A stretch of 63,579 nucleotides of DNA, counting the filler, from Olpidium bornovanus S191 (taxonomy: Eukaryota > Fungi > Olpidiomycota), in NCBI GenBank assembly GCA_017911155.1. It is 25 parts of 25 records of this genome, joined end to end, with 100 filler letters (N's around TTAATTAATTAA, not from the genome) between each part and the next. Parts side by side here need not be neighbours in the genome. Positions count along the whole stretch, not along the records: positions 58,809 to 61,527 come from JAEFCI010006169.1; positions 61,628 to 63,579 come from JAEFCI010001161.1; 23 more parts are not named here. One strand, 5' to 3'. The notes beneath the pieces are model-generated. The model did not search any database and was not told the origin of the DNA. It saw only the letters and a program-made list of their open reading frames with translations. The position numbers and the translations under genes are program-made. Numbering within the stretch: the stretch's first letter is position 1; the number at the start of each line of letters is the position of its first letter. Positions 58,907 through 63,579 of this stretch are shown here, in pieces.

Positions 58907-59259
58907 GAGAGGGCGGGGAAGGACGCGTCGGCGAGGGGAAGGGAGGGGGGGGAAGGGCGCGAGCGCGCGGCAATATAAATAAAATTCACAAAAATAAAAA
59001 ATCATCTGCGTGCCGCGAAGGGGTGAGAAGGGGCGGGGGGGAGCTTTTTTTTTTTTTTGGTTTATTTCCGTCTCAGAAACGCACGCGCTCCCGCCGCCGC
59101 GCGACGCCGGCCGCCCTCTCGTCGCCCGATCGGACCGCCGCTCTTTGCGAGCCCGCGCACGGCCGTCCCCGCCTCCTTTCCGCCGCTCCAGCAGGAACGA
59201 CCCCCTCCAAACTCCTCACCACCCCCTCCGCCTTTCGCCCCGACGGGAGACAGGTCATC

Positions 59260-59704
59260 ATGATGACGGCGCCGGACGCCGCGGGGGGCGGCGAGTTCGC
59301 CTCGCGCGATCCGATCATCGAGCGCGGCACCCAATCGCCCGGCGAAAACGACGACGACGGCAACGGGCCCGGGGGAGGACGGGGAGGAGGAGGTGGCGGC
59401 GGCGTTGGAACGGGGGTAGAGGCGGCCCGAGGCGGCGGCGGCGGCGGATTCCCGCTGGAAGTGGAGGACCTCGTGCGCTTGATGGACTTCACCCGGACCC
59501 CGCCGGAGAAGGTGATCGAAACCCTCGCGTCGTGGGGCGGCGTGCCCGGCACCTGCAAGGCCCTGGCCGTCGACCCCCAGCACGGCCTGCGGGACTCGGA
59601 GATCCTGGCGGAGCAGTGCGAGCGCAGAACGCGGTACGGCGTCAACCAGGTGCGGGGCCAGAGGAGGGGGGAAAAAAGGTTTTAAGACCCTTTCCCACCA
59701 TCCC

Positions 59705-59737
<33 letters not shown>

Positions 59738-61435
59738 ACACGCACACACCCCGGTCCCGATTTCTTCTCTTCCAAATCGCTTCTCGACGGGGATGATCAT
59801 GGCGATGATGACGACGACGAATTTGCCCGTGCGGGAAACAACCCGAACGACAACAAAAGAAAAAAAAAATTCAAAAAAACTGACCGGGCTCCGTCGGGGG
59901 TGCGCTCGCGGGGCCCCTCCTCCAGATGCCGCCTCTCATCCTGCCCACCCTCCTCGAACACGCCTGGGAAGCGCTGCACGACGTCACTCTGATTTGCCTC
60001 CTGGTGGCCGCGGCGGTGTCGCTCGGATTCGGACTCTACGTCGACGCGTCTTCGCACGGCGAGGAGCCGGACGTCCACTGGGTCGAGGGGTTCGCCATCT
60101 TCCTCGCCGTTTTCATCATCGTCAGCATCACGGCCGTGAACAATTACAAGAAGGACGGATTGGTAAGGGAGAGAAAACTGCGCGCGCCGCTCCGGGCGCA
60201 TGCAGGCGGGCGGGCACGCGCGCCGGCGACGCTTCCTCGCTTCATCCCCCCCTCGCCCCCTCGCCACCACCGCCCGAAAGGCGCGGCAATTCACATTCGT
60301 GTTCGTGTGACGCGCGCGTCCTCCTCCCCCACTTCTTACCTTCCCGTCTAAAAGCTCCGGCAGCAAGCCGCCGAAGCCGAGAACGTCCGGTCGGCCGTCC
60401 GGCGGAACGGCGACTCCACCGACATACCCGTGCAGGAGATCCTCGTCGGCGACGTCGTCCTGCTCAAAGACGGAGACATCGTCCCGGTGGACGGGCTGGT
60501 GATCGAGTCCCACAACGGGAAGTGCGACGAGTCGTCGGCGACGGGGGAGTCGGACGCGATCAAGAAAAAGCGGTTTGAGGCGGACGAGAACGGTCCCGGG
60601 GCGCGCGGCGGGGCCGGCGGCGGCCATGCCGTAGGCGGAAAGCCGCCGCGGCCCGGGGCCGGCCCCGCGACCCTGTCGGTCGACCTGGAGGAGGGCCCGC
60701 TGGATTTCACCCCCGTCGTCAAGGGGAAAAGTTCGAGCACGCCGTACCTCGTCCAGTCGGGAACGAAGGTCAACGAAGGCACCGTCACGTACGCAGACCC
60801 CGCGGGACATTCTTTGATTCTCGACGGCCGTCATCCCCCCCTTCCCGCCCCATTCCCTTCCCTCCACTCGCCCGCACGCCCGCACTGACGCGCGCGCGCT
60901 CCCCCACCCCCGTCCTCCCCTGGCCCCTCGCCTCCACCTTCTTCCTTTCCCGTTCCGGGAACGCCCAGCGTCGTGGCCCTTTGCGTCGGCGTCAACTCCC
61001 GCTACGGCCTTCTCCTCAAGGAGGTCAAGAAGGAGGTCGAGGACACGCCGCTGCAAAAGGCCCTGGCGCGCCTCGCCGCCTCCATCGGGTGGTTCGGCCT
61101 GGGCGCGGCGCTGCTGCAGCTGCTCATCCTGACGATCAAGCTGGTGGTGAAGGGCGTGGAGGGCGGCTGGTCCGCGGACATGAACTGGGGCGCGAGCACC
61201 GCCAGCGGCGAGCCCCAGGACCCGTCCCTCGTGGGCAAGGACGGCCTCGTGCTTGCCATCGTCAACATCATTATCCAGGCCGTCACCATCATCGTGGTCG
61301 CGGTGCCCGAGGGCCTCCCGATGGCGGTCACCATCGCGCTGATCTACGGCACCCGCAAAATGGCGCAGCGGAACAACTTCGTGCGCCAGCTCGCGGCCTG
61401 CGAAACCATGGGCGGGGCGACGACGATCTGCACCG
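59260..61435 (+). CDS. PMC1: P2B (PMCA/Pmc1-type) Ca2+-ATPase, N-terminal part
   Basis: WEALHDVTLICLLVAAAVSL; WVEGFAIFLAV; LVGDVVLLKDGDIVPVDG; DESSATGES; TPLQKAL; IIVVAVPEGLPMAVT; VRQLAACETMGGATTICT, ending at an intron just before DKTGT. Confidence 0.95.
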
Positions 61436-62529
61436 GTGAGGGAAGAAGCGTTTTTTGTTTTTGTTGTTTGTTCTCTCCGCGCGTTTTCTGTGTCGCGCGA
61501 AACTTCTCGCTCCTGGTCCCTTTCCGCNNNNNNNNNNNNNNNNNNNNNNNNNNNNNNNNNNNNNNNNNNNNTTAATTAATTAANNNNNNNNNNNNNNNNN
61601 NNNNNNNNNNNNNNNNNNNNNNNNNNNATACCAGATTACCCAGATTCCTATATTCCGTATAATTATATCTCTACTATAGGTAGTAGTACTCATGGGGTGG
61701 GTAAGTTAGAGTAACCCTTTATATATTCATATATTATAATTATTATAATTTATCCATAAGGAATAATAGTCGATAATTTAACCATTTTAATGCAATTACA
61801 TGTGTGGCAAATATATATCTGCAATAGGTTAATGTTTTGCACATTCAATAGTTGCTAATACTAAAGAACTACGCGATTGTGATTTTCTGACCGCCGCGTG
61901 GCGCGGGAGCCTGGCGTTTGCCGAACCGCGCAAAACTTTTTTTTTGTTTTCGACCGAGGGGGCCTGGCGCTTGCCGAACAGACCTTTTTGTGATGAACGT
62001 CGAGCACAAAACTTCTTTTTTGTTTTCGACCGAGAGGCAGGCCCTGCGTCGGCAACGTCCCCACCTTCCCCACCGTCCGCACCGCCAATCACCCGGGAAT
62101 GCCGGCTAAACCCCTATAATCGGCATCTGTAGGAGAGGAAAATAAGCGTTGCAGGCATTGCAAGCTTTGGGGGCGTTGTGGGCCGTTGGAGGCAAGAAGG
62201 GACTTGGGGCCGCTGGTGGCATTGGGGCAGTTGGGGCGTTGGGGTCAGCCCAACGGATTCTGCATCAGAGTCTGCGTCAGACACTGTCCGAATCTGCGTC
62301 CGGAGTCCGAACTCGGAATCTGCTCCGATTCTGCTTTGGAATCTGCTCATTCTGCTTTGAAATCGGCGTCGGATTCTGTGTCGGATTGTGCATAGGAATC
62401 TGCGCTGGAGTCTGCGTTTGAATCTCCGTCGGATTCTGATTTCGGAATCTGAGTATTACGCGTGGGTTTGAGAGCGAAAAAATAAGGGCGGCCGCGCACG
62501 CTTCGGGGTGCAGTTGTTTCAGCTCGACC

Positions 62530-62945
62530 TGCCTGCGAGGCTTTGCCTGTTGCCCACGGCAAATTTTGGGTCGGCGCAGTAGGCGCCGACCAAGTAAGAA
62601 GGTGGAGACCTACCATCATTACGAGGCTTTGCGGATGGCCTGCGACTGTTGTGATTGCAGCAGGCGCTGACCGCGTAAGAGGGGGGGGACCTACCCTCCT
62701 GCGAGGCTTTGCTGATGGCCTTGCGACTTTGTCGTTAGCGCAGTAGGCACTGACTGAGCAGGAGGGTGGGGACCTACCTTCTTGCGCGGCTTTGCCGATG
62801 GCCTGCGACTTTGTCGTTAGTGCTGTGGGCGCTGACCGAGTAAGAGGTGGGGGCTTCCCTCTTTGCAAGGCTTTGCCGATGGCGACATTGACTCGTCGTG
62901 GGCGCAGTCGGCGCTGACCGAGTAGGAAGAGGTTGGAGTCCACCT
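62530..62945 (-). repeat. Five copies of an about 81-bp (27-codon) repeat in a frameshifted minus-strand ORF, followed by a Ser/Asp/Ala-coding short-unit repeat (62240-62460)
   Basis: Anchors at 62537, 62623, 62703, 62786 and 62867. Translation is approximately AIGKAxQxGxPPPLTRSAPTAxTTKSQ. Confidence 0.85.
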
Positions 62946-63467
62946 AATAATTCAGCTAGGATCCAGCAGGTGGCTTGAGCAGCCGATCCATTGCACTTTT
63001 TGATCAACGCCTAGCCTGCCCTCCCCGAATGCCGCTCCTGGAATTCTGTTAGCCAGTGGCAGCATTGCGTCAAGGTCGCGGTACCCGGGAGGGAACCATT
63101 TCTCTGCCCACGATGGCGGCTTCTTGTACGGCTGCTCATACGAGCGGTGCTCGTGAAGTTGAAGCTCGCGCGCGCGCTCGCGGAATACGTCGCCCGGCGT
63201 GGTGCCACGGAGCGGGACCAGCGCGCACAGGAGGTCGTTGGGCGGGAGCTCGTCGAGCTTTTTGCCGTCGGCGAAGCCCGGGACGTTATCGGCGAGCCAG
63301 GCGAAGCAGCCGCGCACCGGGCGCTCGATTCAGCCGGGCTGCGGCTCGGCCGCCCAGATCGCGGACAGGACCGGCCGCAGCGGAACCGCCTCGGACCACC
63401 CCCTTTTCAACAAAAAAAGAAAATCAAACGCAGCAAAAATGATATGACTAGATATGACCATGGACAG

Positions 63468-63579
63468 CATACTAGCGGAGATGATTGAAGGCTACAAGCA
63501 ACAGCCGCCAACATCCGACGAGGACCCGACCATCCAGGTTTTGTCGTCGAGTACGGACCTTTTCTACTTTTACAGAGAG
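63468..63579 (+). CDS. VPS53: GARP complex subunit Vps53, internal exon cut by the window end
   Basis: ILAEMIEGYKQQPPTSDEDPTIQVLSSSTDLFYFYRE matches the Vps53 segment I recall (L..MI..Y.QQ....DE....V.SS..DLF.FY.). Confidence 0.75.

Noticed and set aside
1623-61627. Regularly recurring TTAATTAATTAA repeat, and any operon-like or cluster reading across contigs
   Set aside because: It is an artificial linker embedded in fixed N runs. Neighbouring contigs are unlinked, so no multi-gene system can be inferred from their order.
1-63579. CRISPR arrays, rRNA genes, prokaryotic operons, telomeric arrays
   Set aside because: None were seen. The repeats lack unique spacers, and only an isolated TTAGGG occurs.

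Overview
This window is not one locus. It is 25 short contigs joined by 24 identical artificial 100-bp spacers (N44-TTAATTAATTAA-N44, a six-frame stop linker), so adjacency across spacers carries no biological meaning. The DNA is GC-rich, has many GT-AG introns and long homopolymer and microsatellite tracts, and comes from a eukaryote. It carries fungal-type genes (NoxR with TPR+PB1 and no SH3, DUF2015, fungal HSL-like lipase, Pmc1-type Ca-ATPase, Nsl1/Mis14) together with flagellar genes (DRC1, CC2D2A/MKS6). This points to a zoosporic, early-diverging fungus; Olpidium-like is my guess and is unverified. Other recognisable genes are U2AF65, EBP sterol isomerase, a bacterial/plant-type LeuA first exon, RPL18 (frameshifted), an SLC41 Mg transporter, a 4-RRM protein and a VPS53 exon. 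Several decayed Ty1/copia and Ty3/gypsy fragments are present. The two best leads are in contig 31055-36957. (1) A gag-pol-coding copia has a 132-bp TGTTG...CAACA LTR containing a complete 73-nt tRNA-like cloverleaf; I know this arrangement only from non-autonomous TRIMs. (2) That element is inserted into a second copia that has a chromodomain-like segment just before RT. One third of contig ends coincide with CATG, probably a library artefact. All protein calls come from manual translation and remembered motifs; no database searches were run.
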